This document shows, one piece after another, positions 1 to 8,185 of a DNA stretch of 36,634 nucleotides. The stretch's first letter is position 1. The number at the start of each line of letters is the position of its first letter. Origin of the DNA: a virus (taxonomy: Duplodnaviria > Caudoviricetes); IMG/VR virus record IMGVR_UViG_3300047545_000639, positions 1 to 36,634 of that record. One strand, written 5' to 3'. The position numbers and the translations under genes were made by a program. A model generated the notes under the pieces. That model made no database searches. It saw only the letters and a list, made by a program, of their open reading frames with translations, and was not told where the DNA came from.

Positions 1-1
1 T

Positions 2-97
2 TATAATAAAGATAGGACAACTGGTTGTATCGAGTTCATTGATGAGCTTGGGTTAAAAAGAACTGTTTGTAATAGTTACACAATAACGGAGTATTAA
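2..97 (+). CDS. 3' end of a hypothetical protein (partial)
   Basis: Open frame YNKDRTTGCIEF...TITEY* ends at TAA 95-97, just before the next ATG at 99. Confidence 0.55.
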   Translation, partial: YNKDRTTGCIEFIDELGLKRTVCNSYTITEY

Positions 98-98
98 T

Positions 99-446
99 AT
101 GGATGTATATAAATTATTAATCGGTATTATATTTGGTTTTATGGCCCAGACAATGACATTTTTCCAATTACAAGGTCCTTTAAAATATAATTGGTTGAGG
201 GATCATTATTGGTTAAACGTATTAATGGGCATCCCAATATCTATGTTGTTCATGTATTCTGTGAAGAATATGGTCTTAGCCTTTGACGGACAAATGTGGC
301 CTTCAAGATTAATTGGTTTCTCAATAGGGGCCATTGTGTTTACGTGGTTAAGTTGGTCCATATTTAATGAACCATTAACAACTAAAACATATGTTTGTCT
401 TGCGTTAGCCATAGCTATTTTATTCATCCAACTATTTTGGAAATGA
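99..446 (+). CDS. small multi-pass membrane protein
   Basis: 115 aa with about 4 hydrophobic segments; ATGA overlap with the next gene. Confidence 0.75.
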   Translation: MDVYKLLIGIIFGFMAQTMTFFQLQGPLKYNWLRDHYWLNVLMGIPISMLFMYSVKNMVLAFDGQMWPSRLIGFSIGAIVFTWLSWSIFNEPLTTKTYVCLALAIAILFIQLFWK

Positions 447-892
447 TGAGTGATGATTGGTGTCATTATAGTGATATGCCGTCACCAATGGCATATATCG
501 ACAAAGATTTTAGTTTTCGGGCTATTATTGCGGTAAATAATTTAGGGTTTATCGGTAAAGGTGATAAATTATTATGGCGTTGTTCTGGGGATTTAGACCA
601 CTTTAAATCATTAACTAATGGTTCATCTTGTTTGGTTGGTTATAGAACCTATTATGGGTTACCACCACTACCTAACAGAACATTAATGTTAGATGACAGA
701 GGTAATCAATATAGATGGGATTGGGATTGGTGTATAGGTGGTAAGAAAACTTATGAGAAATACGCACCCTTCTTTACTGAGTTACATATTTCACATATAA
801 ATGATAACAGTATTGGTGATGTGACATTCCCAGATCTGTCAAACTTAAACCCAGAATGTAAAATCTTTAATTATAGTTTTAAAATTTATTAA
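443..892 (+). CDS. folA: dihydrofolate reductase with a short N-terminal extension
   Basis: DHFR motifs AIIAV..GFIG...LLW..DL.HFK.LT, VG.RTY..LP.LPNR, IGG...Y and GDVTFP; start taken at the ATGA overlap (443). Confidence 0.85.
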   Translation: MMSDDWCHYSDMPSPMAYIDKDFSFRAIIAVNNLGFIGKGDKLLWRCSGDLDHFKSLTNGSSCLVGYRTYYGLPPLPNRTLMLDDRGNQYRWDWDWCIGGKKTYEKYAPFFTELHISHINDNSIGDVTFPDLSNLNPECKIFNYSFKIY

Positions 893-903
893 GGCGAGAA
901 TTT

Positions 904-1155
904 ATGTATAAGCTTAGTAAAATAAGAGGAGGTTATATTTTATATTCAGAAAAAAATATATGTGGTAGCGAGTTGGGTCCACAAGACATGTTCCTATGGG
1001 TATCAAGAAAGGGTAAAGTAGTTTATGGTGATAGCAGGAAAAGATCCCGCATAAGAAAGGTATATTGGATTTATAATGTTGATTTGCCACACCATACTGT
1101 CGCAAATTATGAACACCATTATGATAAAAAAAATAAAAGTATATTTGGTAGATAA
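904..1155 (+). CDS. hypothetical protein (KV.W.Y paralog family)
   Basis: 83 aa; shares GG.Y...D.F.W...KV.W.Y with 6191 and KV.W.Y with 4063. Confidence 0.7.
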   Translation: MYKLSKIRGGYILYSEKNICGSELGPQDMFLWVSRKGKVVYGDSRKRSRIRKVYWIYNVDLPHHTVANYEHHYDKKNKSIFGR

Positions 1156-1175
1156 AAAATAATTATTTAACTTTG
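1145..1175 (+). promoter_or_regulatory. Bacteroidetes-type sigma promoter
   Basis: TTG at 1145, 20-nt spacer, TAACTTTG at 1168-1175. Confidence 0.7.
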
Positions 1176-1187
1176 TAAAAAAAAGAT

Positions 1188-1430
1188 ATGAAAAAAATAT
1201 TTGTAATTGCAATCGCAACTCTTTCATTGGTATCTTGCACTGAAAATGAACGTGCACGTAGATTTGGTGGGGTTGAAGAAGTTGAGTTAAAACCCAATGA
1301 GGTGGTTTTAAACGTAACCTGGAAAGAAAATGAAATGTGGATCTGCACGAAAGATACGACCACTAATATCACTTACTTCCGTGAGAAGTCAAGTTGGGGT
1401 GTGATGGAAGGCACTGTAATCTTAAAATAA
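1188..1430 (+). CDS. putative lipoprotein
   Basis: MKK + hydrophobic stretch + LVSC lipobox. Confidence 0.75.
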   Translation: MKKIFVIAIATLSLVSCTENERARRFGGVEEVELKPNEVVLNVTWKENEMWICTKDTTTNITYFREKSSWGVMEGTVILK

Positions 1431-1449
1431 CAATATAAAAAACAAAAAA

Positions 1450-1845
1450 ATGGAAGAATTTCAAGAAGAAAAAAGATTCGTAAAAAAGATTGTTTACTGG
1501 ATCATTGGGTTAACGTTGGTCTTATCGACCGCTGGTTACATTGTACACAAAGTACGTGAAGCTACTAAAATTGATACTGCGGTGATTCACTACGAGGAGT
1601 ATCAAGAAATTTACAATACCTGTGTTAAGATAAACACAGATATTTGTAACATGAAGGATGTTCCAGAAACAGATCCCATGTTCAGTCAGTTCAGCAAAGC
1701 GCAAAGAATTTTGGCTTTAAGGACAAACCTTAACCGATGGATCGAAGATTACAATGCTAAGTCAAAGATGTGGGGCAGATCATTGTGGAAGTCAAGCAGC
1801 TTACCATATCAATTAAGTAACCAAGAGTTTAACTGTAACAATTAA
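1450..1845 (+). CDS. membrane-anchored hypothetical protein
   Basis: N-terminal TM helix followed by a helical domain ending YNAKS...LP. Confidence 0.75.
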   Translation: MEEFQEEKRFVKKIVYWIIGLTLVLSTAGYIVHKVREATKIDTAVIHYEEYQEIYNTCVKINTDICNMKDVPETDPMFSQFSKAQRILALRTNLNRWIEDYNAKSKMWGRSLWKSSSLPYQLSNQEFNCNN

Positions 1846-1850
1846 GAAAG

Positions 1851-2423
1851 ATGAAACAATTATTAGCAATTTTAGTATTGATGTTTGCGATAACATCATG
1901 TAGCCGAGAATTAGAAAACACTTCTGCTTTAGAAGAGCAAAAGAAAACGGAAGCCAATCAAAGAGATTTGAACGCGATTCAACCTGCACCAAAAATCTCA
2001 TGGTCATTGGAGAGAGATAACTTGATCAAGAGATTTAAGTTGCAGAATGACAGAACCATTTCTTTCTATATGTATGTGTTCGTAGAAGGTGTGGGTGAAC
2101 CGATTGGTTATTACCAAGTTAATAAGGTATCCTCAGTCAATTCACAACTTACCAATACTGACCAGATTGTAACTTATACATCACCTCACTCTGGAGATGG
2201 TTGGGGCCAACATGTATTACCAAGTCCTGCCGAAGATGGTTCATATGGAACCAACGGAGATGCGGTCTTTGGATTTACGCCAGAAGATATCTATATCGAA
2301 CACAACATGCACTACATGGTGTCCACAGTTCCTCTATCATTCTCAAAACCTGTTAATAGATTAACCATCATTAACGTTGAGACTGAGAAAGAGTTGAAAG
2401 CGATGATGGATAAGATCAGATAG
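1851..2423 (+). CDS. putative lipoprotein
   Basis: ITSC lipobox; KVSS.NS.LT and DGSYG motifs. Confidence 0.8.
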   Translation: MKQLLAILVLMFAITSCSRELENTSALEEQKKTEANQRDLNAIQPAPKISWSLERDNLIKRFKLQNDRTISFYMYVFVEGVGEPIGYYQVNKVSSVNSQLTNTDQIVTYTSPHSGDGWGQHVLPSPAEDGSYGTNGDAVFGFTPEDIYIEHNMHYMVSTVPLSFSKPVNRLTIINVETEKELKAMMDKIR

Positions 2424-2432
2424 CATTGGATT

Positions 2433-2550
2433 AGTCAGGTAGCTCAGTTGGTTAGAGCGATTGGTGAGCAGTAAAGGGTAGGGAGTCATGACCTGAGAGT
2501 ATACGTTAAGCCTTGCCAATAGGTCACAGGTTCGAGTCCTGTCCTGACTA
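2433..2550 (+). tRNA. tRNA-like gene with 51 nt in place of the 7-nt anticodon loop; isotype undetermined
   Basis: Acceptor AGTCAGG/CCTGACT, D arm GCTC-AGTTGGTTA-GAGC, anticodon stem ATTGG/CCAAT, variable AGGTC, T arm ACAGG-TTCGAGT-CCTGT; no encoded CCA. Confidence 0.8.
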
Positions 2551-2565
2551 CAAAAAAATAACATT

Positions 2566-3078
2566 ATGAGAAAGATTCATTTTTTAGAAAATGACTACCA
2601 ATGCCCAGGATCGGATGATTCTATTAAAACGGGTAAAAGGGTGTTAAGACGATGTGGTTTACCAACTGAAGAGGTTGAGAACATGGAGATTCATTATCAA
2701 TTTCATTTGATGGAAAAGGATGATGTTTACAAAATCATCTTCGATAAAAACAATATCCTGGTAACCTATTCAATGTATGTTTCAGGGTCAGACAGCCAAA
2801 TCATATCGTTACTTGCGAGTGCTGGTAGAAATGGGGTCAAAGATATTGTCTATATTGATTCAAGTAGAGAATTATCCGAATTTTTAAATCGTGAACTTAA
2901 AGAATGGTTAGAGTTAGTATATGCGGTAGGATGTGCAATCAATACGAACACAATATTAACTTATGACTACGAAAGTGATTCAGTTAAACGATTAAAGTTT
3001 GAATTGAAAGGGTATTGGGATGATTGTATCACATTGGAAGATTTTGATGTCACAGAACTTATTGAGATAAAAGATTAA
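2566..3078 (+). CDS. hypothetical protein
   Basis: 170-aa ORF with A-rich leader. Confidence 0.75.
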   Translation: MRKIHFLENDYQCPGSDDSIKTGKRVLRRCGLPTEEVENMEIHYQFHLMEKDDVYKIIFDKNNILVTYSMYVSGSDSQIISLLASAGRNGVKDIVYIDSSRELSEFLNRELKEWLELVYAVGCAINTNTILTYDYESDSVKRLKFELKGYWDDCITLEDFDVTELIEIKD

Positions 3079-3084
3079 TAGGTT

Positions 3085-3291
3085 ATGATAAAATGTGTTG
3101 ACAAGGGTATGTGGACTTGTTTTAGTAAGAGTGGGGTTCCAAAGAAGTCATATGATACCGCTGACGCTGCAATAAGTGCGGCTAAACTTGTTAACGAGAA
3201 CGACCCAAAACCTGATACAAAATTGATTGGGTATAAATGCACACATTGCCACAAATATCATTTATTGACAGTTAATAAAAGAATCAGATGA
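3085..3291 (+). CDS. small putative Zn-binding protein
   Basis: C...K..Y...A..AA...Y.C..C..YHL pattern. Confidence 0.7.
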   Translation: MIKCVDKGMWTCFSKSGVPKKSYDTADAAISAAKLVNENDPKPDTKLIGYKCTHCHKYHLLTVNKRIR

Positions 3292-3593
3292 TCAAAGAAT
3301 TATTAAAAAAACTAGCACTTTACAACCCACAAGATTTGAAACTTGTTTCAGATGGTTATGGTGAGTTCCCAGACGGTTATAAACTAACTGATAGGGGTAT
3401 AGAAGAGATCGAGAAACTCGTTAACGAGCACACCAGCAAACTATACACAGAACAAGAGGTTAGAGCGTTGTTGGATATGCAAAGAGGTAACTGTTATGTT
3501 GCTGTGTACAACAAGACGCTAAGCACTGAAACAGCATCGTTTGCAAGCGCAGCCCCAGAACCTAAAGGGAAAGATGGTTGGGTTAAAAAATAA
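3288..3593 (+). CDS. hypothetical protein
   Basis: ATGA-coupled to the upstream gene. Confidence 0.7.
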   Translation: MIKELLKKLALYNPQDLKLVSDGYGEFPDGYKLTDRGIEEIEKLVNEHTSKLYTEQEVRALLDMQRGNCYVAVYNKTLSTETASFASAAPEPKGKDGWVKK

Positions 3594-3600
3594 AAAACAA

Positions 3601-3729
3601 ATGGAAACACATTCAGTTTGGTTCAAAAGATGGTTTAATCCCACGCTTAGAAGAATATTCAAGGTTGAGATATGTTCCATTATAATGGGTAATGAGGTAG
3701 TTGGTTACGGAATTAGAAAATTTAAATAA
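3601..3729 (+). CDS. hypothetical protein (42 aa)
   Basis: ATG 3601 after an A-rich leader; fills the gap between neighbours. Confidence 0.6.
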   Translation: METHSVWFKRWFNPTLRRIFKVEICSIIMGNEVVGYGIRKFK

Positions 3730-3731
3730 GG

Positions 3732-3944
3732 ATGTATAACACAAATAACAAAACTAGTTCTGAATTGTGGGCGATAGTGGACAAGGAAGGAAAGGTTCTT
3801 TACTCAAGAGGTGGGTCTAGCAGCAAATCGAGATTAATGGTTTATGAAAGTGAATCATTAGCTAAACGAGGTCTAAAGAATCAATGGACACAACAAATTA
3901 TTGATGATGGTGATGTCCAGATTAAATGCATCTATAAATCTTAA
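3732..3944 (+). CDS. hypothetical protein
   Basis: Tightly packed 70-aa ORF. Confidence 0.65.
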   Translation: MYNTNNKTSSELWAIVDKEGKVLYSRGGSSSKSRLMVYESESLAKRGLKNQWTQQIIDDGDVQIKCIYKS

Positions 3945-3950
3945 TAAGAT

Positions 3951-4058
3951 ATGAAAAAGGAAGAAATAAAACATTGGGTCGACAGATGGTCGAAACTAAA
4001 ACCATCCCCACAAAGAGATATGGCAATTAAAATTTGGTCAAGGGGTTTAAATAGATAA
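3951..4058 (+). CDS. hypothetical protein (35 aa, not in ORF track)
   Basis: MKKEEIKHWVDRWSKLKPSPQRDMAIKIWSRGLNR* fills the gap. Confidence 0.55.
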   Translation: MKKEEIKHWVDRWSKLKPSPQRDMAIKIWSRGLNR

Positions 4059-4062
4059 CACC

Positions 4063-4413
4063 ATGCAATGGACAGCAAAATACTTTGATAACGTTTACCT
4101 GTTGACGGATGAACATCCTAACCTAACTACTGATTTGGTTGTATACGTATTACCAGAAGATAAGACAGTTGTCATTGATCACGAGGCGATTAACCATGAG
4201 GTGATGGGTGAAAGAACTAAGGTTTTGTGGTGTTACGAACCAGGTAGAAAGTTGGCTGGAAAAACCACGTTTGTTTGGATGCCATATGTTATGAGTGTGT
4301 CAGCACAAACAATAACACAAGATTTGGTTCCAGTGCAACCAATGATGGGTCGTTATTCTGAAATTGAGGTGAATGAAGATTTCTATTTGCCAATAAATGG
4401 TTATGCAACATGA
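4063..4413 (+). CDS. hypothetical protein with a capsid(gp23)-like C-terminal peptide
   Basis: KVLWCYE domain, then FVWMPYV...AQTITQDLVPVQPMMGRYS..VNEDFY. Confidence 0.7.
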   Translation: MQWTAKYFDNVYLLTDEHPNLTTDLVVYVLPEDKTVVIDHEAINHEVMGERTKVLWCYEPGRKLAGKTTFVWMPYVMSVSAQTITQDLVPVQPMMGRYSEIEVNEDFYLPINGYAT

Positions 4414-4874
4414 AGGCAACCGATTTAAGACTGGGGAACACAATTGGAATGTTGTTGGATGATTCAACGGCAATCAAGGTAACTGTGGACATATACCATC
4501 TAAGTTGCATATTAAACAAATCCAGAAAATATTTCCCAATACCGATAACAACGGATGAGCTGAGCAAGCTTAAGAATAACATGTATGATGCGGACACTGG
4601 AACGTCCATTATAGATTGGATTGATGTGGGAAGAGTTGGAGAGAGATGGGTGTTTGGGACGGCCAGCTATTATGTATTTGAGTTAAAAAAATGTGAGGGG
4701 ATGAAATGGGTTAACGCTGATGATTCACCACTATGGAAAGTTGTTGCGTTCAGTCCTTTCAAGAAGGATGAGGAAGAAACGCTATATGTAAACATAGCTT
4801 ACATGCACGAGTTGCAGAACGTATTTTACGCGCTATCAGGATCCAACGAAGAAATACAATATAAAAAAGTTTAA
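4410..4874 (+). CDS. conserved Bacteroidetes-phage hypothetical protein
   Basis: MKA.DLR.GN...PIP.T...Y.HELQN.FYAL.G pattern, recalled from such phages. Confidence 0.75.
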   Translation: MKATDLRLGNTIGMLLDDSTAIKVTVDIYHLSCILNKSRKYFPIPITTDELSKLKNNMYDADTGTSIIDWIDVGRVGERWVFGTASYYVFELKKCEGMKWVNADDSPLWKVVAFSPFKKDEEETLYVNIAYMHELQNVFYALSGSNEEIQYKKV

Positions 4875-4884
4875 CAACAAAGAT

Positions 4885-5214
4885 ATGAAGTACGAGGGAA
4901 AAGAAATAGAAGTATTGGTTGAACCATTTAGTACCAGCAACTACGTAATCTATTACAGGGTTAAGAAACGTTTTAATCTGTTTAACCTCTGGCAGCGCCA
5001 TAACTATACCTGGACATTATCGGTTGAGCATTTTGACAGGAATCAACCTTATCTATACAATTCCTTTGAGGAAGCGGTTAGGGCAGCGGAACGATTAAAA
5101 GCGGATCCACTGTGGATCGATTCACATACCATAGTACAAGATATGAAGTACGACAAATGTGTGAAGGAGCACAAAGAACACCAAAAGAAATATCAAAAAT
5201 CTGTAATAATTTAA
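4885..5214 (+). CDS. hypothetical protein
   Basis: 109-aa ORF with A-rich leader. Confidence 0.7.
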   Translation: MKYEGKEIEVLVEPFSTSNYVIYYRVKKRFNLFNLWQRHNYTWTLSVEHFDRNQPYLYNSFEEAVRAAERLKADPLWIDSHTIVQDMKYDKCVKEHKEHQKKYQKSVII

Positions 5215-5216
5215 TC

Positions 5217-5948
5217 ATGAAAATTAAGAAAGGAAATTTAAACTTTGATCAAACAGGTAGAGCATATCCTGATAACCCGCATATAGAAGAGAATTGGGAT
5301 TGCATCTGGGAGAACGAAGGTAAACACTACAAATTGGTTGGTGATACCAACAACAAGGAGTGGTCAGAGGTTACACAATTAGATATCCTCACCTCACACA
5401 TGGTTCCAGAAGAATACTTTGGCAGAGAGGAAGACCCCAGAAACGCGGTGTTCGGATATAAAACATCCATAGTTGGCCAAATGTTAGATTCAGACAATGG
5501 ATTTGGCCAGGTTGAGCAATCGATTGATGAGAACGCATTAGAGAGCGAACATTTCCACAAAGCGGATACAACGGATGGTCAATGGTTGTCATTGGTTAAG
5601 TCTGAGAGAGAATGGCAGGAAGAAAAGCTTGTTGAGATCTTTCACCACTACCCGAATGCGTCACCTAGATGGCAATACATGAACGGATTGATTCATATGG
5701 CGTTGGATTATATTGAAATGACAAAGGAGAAAGAAGAAGAGTGGGACGATTACATAGACTATAAGGGGTACAGGTATTACTACAAGTATGGCCCAGCAAA
5801 ACATCGTGAATCGATATGTCTTGCAACCAAGGATCCAAAGAAATATTGCAATGGGTTTTACCAATACTCAAGCAAAGATCCTGGCAGTGGTTACGCGTTC
5901 GTTGTAACCTCACACAATAACCCGAATGAAAACCCTTTTGAAAACTAA
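5217..5948 (+). CDS. hypothetical protein
   Basis: Long ORF; start placed at ATG 5217 to avoid overlap. Confidence 0.7.
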   Translation: MKIKKGNLNFDQTGRAYPDNPHIEENWDCIWENEGKHYKLVGDTNNKEWSEVTQLDILTSHMVPEEYFGREEDPRNAVFGYKTSIVGQMLDSDNGFGQVEQSIDENALESEHFHKADTTDGQWLSLVKSEREWQEEKLVEIFHHYPNASPRWQYMNGLIHMALDYIEMTKEKEEEWDDYIDYKGYRYYYKYGPAKHRESICLATKDPKKYCNGFYQYSSKDPGSGYAFVVTSHNNPNENPFEN

Positions 5949-5960
5949 AAAAACAGAACA

Positions 5961-6194
5961 ATGAGAGATTTAACAAACATCGATGTGTTTCACATTGAAA
6001 CAACGGACAAAGGAACTTTTGCGTATATTTCCTTTCAAGACATGGAAAACGGGGATCCTGTAAATAATTTTTACAATCACATTCGTGTCCCTATGAACCT
6101 TAGACCAATACAACTATCTGTAAGAGATAATATTTTGGTTAATCAATCAGCAGAAAATTTGGGTGACTTGGTCGCTGTCGAAATCAAACAATGA
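5961..6194 (+). CDS. hypothetical protein
   Basis: 77-aa ORF, ATGA-coupled to the next gene. Confidence 0.7.
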   Translation: MRDLTNIDVFHIETTDKGTFAYISFQDMENGDPVNNFYNHIRVPMNLRPIQLSVRDNILVNQSAENLGDLVAVEIKQ

Positions 6195-6496
6195 GCGGAA
6201 CCGATATACTAAAACTTGAGGGCGGAACCTACATGGTGGATTACGATACCAAGGTTGAGTATGGGGATAGGTTCATCTGGTTGCATAAAGATACAAAGGA
6301 ATTCTATAGTGTAATATACCCAAGTCAGGTAAGCAAATATATTAAAGTTAAGGTAACTTGGTACTACGAAGATAAGGGTGTGGATAACACAGTTGTATGG
6401 GAAGACCCAGAGGAAGAACTTACAGCAATGTTAACAGCTGAACTGGCAGCGTCAATCGATCGGGATATAATAAATATGTTGCGAAGAACTAACTAA
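6191..6496 (+). CDS. hypothetical protein with a capsid(gp23)-like C-terminal helix
   Basis: KVTWYYE domain, then DPEEELTAMLTAELAASIDRDII. Confidence 0.7.
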   Translation: MSGTDILKLEGGTYMVDYDTKVEYGDRFIWLHKDTKEFYSVIYPSQVSKYIKVKVTWYYEDKGVDNTVVWEDPEEELTAMLTAELAASIDRDIINMLRRTN

Positions 6497-6505
6497 ATAA
6501 GAAAT

Positions 6506-6607
6506 ATGAAAAACATACTAAATAAAATATCAGAAGCCATAGGTAATTGGTTTAAGAGAAGATGGGATGACTACAACGAGGACTTCAAAAGACACGGGGG
6601 GATTTAA
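6506..6607 (+). CDS. hypothetical peptide (33 aa, not in ORF track)
   Basis: MKNILNKISEAIGNWFKRRWDDYNEDFKRHGGI*. Confidence 0.5.
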   Translation: MKNILNKISEAIGNWFKRRWDDYNEDFKRHGGI

Positions 6608-6624
6608 ATTAAATAACAAGAACA

Positions 6625-6756
6625 ATGAACTTCACAGAATACTGGAAACAAAACAAGGAGTTGTATAAACAACTTGGTGTAACGGAAGCGGCAGCATATA
6701 GAATATGGTGTGATGCCATAGATGAATTTGCTAAGATGGCCACAAAAAAATTATAA
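6625..6756 (+). CDS. hypothetical peptide (43 aa, not in ORF track)
   Basis: MNFTEYWKQNKELYKQLGVTEAAAYRIWCDAIDEFAKMATKKL*. Confidence 0.55.
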   Translation: MNFTEYWKQNKELYKQLGVTEAAAYRIWCDAIDEFAKMATKKL

Positions 6757-6760
6757 GAAT

Positions 6761-6850
6761 ATGCTTTCACCCATGGCATATGTTAGATGCGAAGAATGTG
6801 GTGATCTGAAAAGTGTGTGTGAATGTGAGGAAGAAAAATTTGCACAGTAA
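6761..6850 (+). CDS. Cys-rich micro-protein (29 aa, not in ORF track)
   Basis: MLSPMAYVRCEECGDLKSVCECEEEKFAQ*; CxxC...CxC; stop codon lies within the next promoter. Confidence 0.45.
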   Translation: MLSPMAYVRCEECGDLKSVCECEEEKFAQ

Positions 6851-6870
6851 ATTATATTACATTATATTTG
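6840..6870 (+). promoter_or_regulatory. Bacteroidetes-type sigma promoter
   Basis: TTGCACAGTAA...TATATTTG, 4 nt before ATG 6875. Confidence 0.8.
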
Positions 6871-6874
6871 TAAT

Positions 6875-7498
6875 ATGAGAGATGATGTTAGTTCAATGAT
6901 AAAAACCGTATTGGATGATAAAAACATTGGTGTGTACATTGTGAGTAGAGGTAGTTTTGATTCCATGTATAACCCGATGAGTTATAGCCTCAGATACACC
7001 CGTAATATATATTGTGGAGTGTATTGGTTATTTGATAAGGATGAGGTTGTGTATATAGGATTCAGTGAAGACCTAAGAACAAGATTAAGATCACACGCTA
7101 GCGACTCATCGAAAAAAGAATGGGATAGAGCAAAGGTTGTTTTAGTTGATAGCCCTAGAATAGCAAGAGCAGTTGAGTCAACATTACTATTAAACTTTAA
7201 AACTAGATACAATAATCCGAGAAGTATATTGAGATGGACCGATAAGGTTCCTGGAGATACAACACGTTCATATAATGCGTATAATAATTTCAGAGGACGT
7301 GTTAATATGATACTAAAGTTTTACGGACAATATGGTCATCTAAGTAAGGAAGAGTTAGCGAATATTGGTATTGGTTTGGTTTATGCTTTTGAGGATATAG
7401 AGTTATATCGTAAACACGCTAACACAACCTTTGAACAATACGTGGAGAATTTTAAGTTAAAACTAAAAGGCCAGAAACACGATCTTTTTTTAATATAA
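6875..7498 (+). CDS. GIY-YIG nuclease domain protein
   Basis: GVYWL...VVYIG.S.DL..RL..H...E...L...YN motif set. Confidence 0.85.
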   Translation: MRDDVSSMIKTVLDDKNIGVYIVSRGSFDSMYNPMSYSLRYTRNIYCGVYWLFDKDEVVYIGFSEDLRTRLRSHASDSSKKEWDRAKVVLVDSPRIARAVESTLLLNFKTRYNNPRSILRWTDKVPGDTTRSYNAYNNFRGRVNMILKFYGQYGHLSKEELANIGIGLVYAFEDIELYRKHANTTFEQYVENFKLKLKGQKHDLFLI

Positions 7499-7540
7499 AA
7501 ACCATGACATAATGGCATGACATAGTATATAAATGGCAGT

Positions 7541-7703
7541 GTTTTACCACTTATTCCCACCGAGATTGCAGCTTGCTGCAACTAGTTGGTAGACAGTGTG
7601 TTACACGGCCCGTTTTTACACTCATTGAATTCTTTGTAAGATATTGAATACCAGGATGTTACACAGGGTGGTAGAAAGTGGAGAAAAGTGGTAGAAAATG
7701 GTA
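7541..7703. repeat. 10-bp-period GTGG-N6 repeats in inverted arrangement (MraZ-box-like)
   Basis: GTGGTAGAAA-GTGGAGAAAA-GTGGTAGAAA-ATGGTA at 7668-7703; reverse-strand GTGGGAATAA-GTGGTAAAAC at 7541-7560. Confidence 0.7.
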
Positions 7704-7927
7704 TGTTTTACCCTTTAGCAATGGCGGGGGGATTTGAGCCGTTCGTTAATTTTATATTAAATTTTTCAAAAAATTTGGAAATGTGAATAAAAATGCGTAT
7801 ACCCCCACCTCGAACGGCCCCCTCTGGTCTCGTGAATTCAGATCGTTTTATAAAAAAGTTCCCCCTGGGGGCTAGGTGAATGCATTTTGTTATTGTGCGC
7901 AGTATTTATATGTATAATATAAGAAAG

Positions 7928-8185
7928 ATGGCTTCACAACTATTGAATTCGGTGGCGGACACCTTGACAAAAAAACCTGAATACGGAATTGTTTCATCGA
8001 TGTTATCGATCAGCATGAGCACCACCGAAATGTTACAACTGGTGGGTGTGGTTATCGGTCTTTTTATAGCGGTGATCACCGCAGCTTTAAAAGTTATAGA
8101 GCTTAAAGATAAATTGGCGGAAAGAAGAAAAGCTAGACGCTTAAAAAAACTGGTGGAAGATGCCAGAGTCGATGAAGAGGAATGA
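7928..8185 (+). CDS. small membrane protein, holin-like topology
   Basis: Hydrophobic helix LQLVGVVIGLFIAVITAAL followed by a highly charged tail; TATTTATA upstream. Confidence 0.6.
   Translation: MASQLLNSVADTLTKKPEYGIVSSMLSISMSTTEMLQLVGVVIGLFIAVITAALKVIELKDKLAERRKARRLKKLVEDARVDEEE

Noticed and set aside
2465-2515. Group I intron in the tRNA, or tmRNA
   Set aside because: The insert is far too short, and a full D arm is present with no tag ORF
6875-7498. Intron-encoded homing endonuclease
   Set aside because: Free-standing with its own promoter, no interrupted gene visible; mobility cannot be supported
7599-7665. parS site
   Set aside because: Only TGTTACAC half-sites in direct orientation; no 16-bp palindrome
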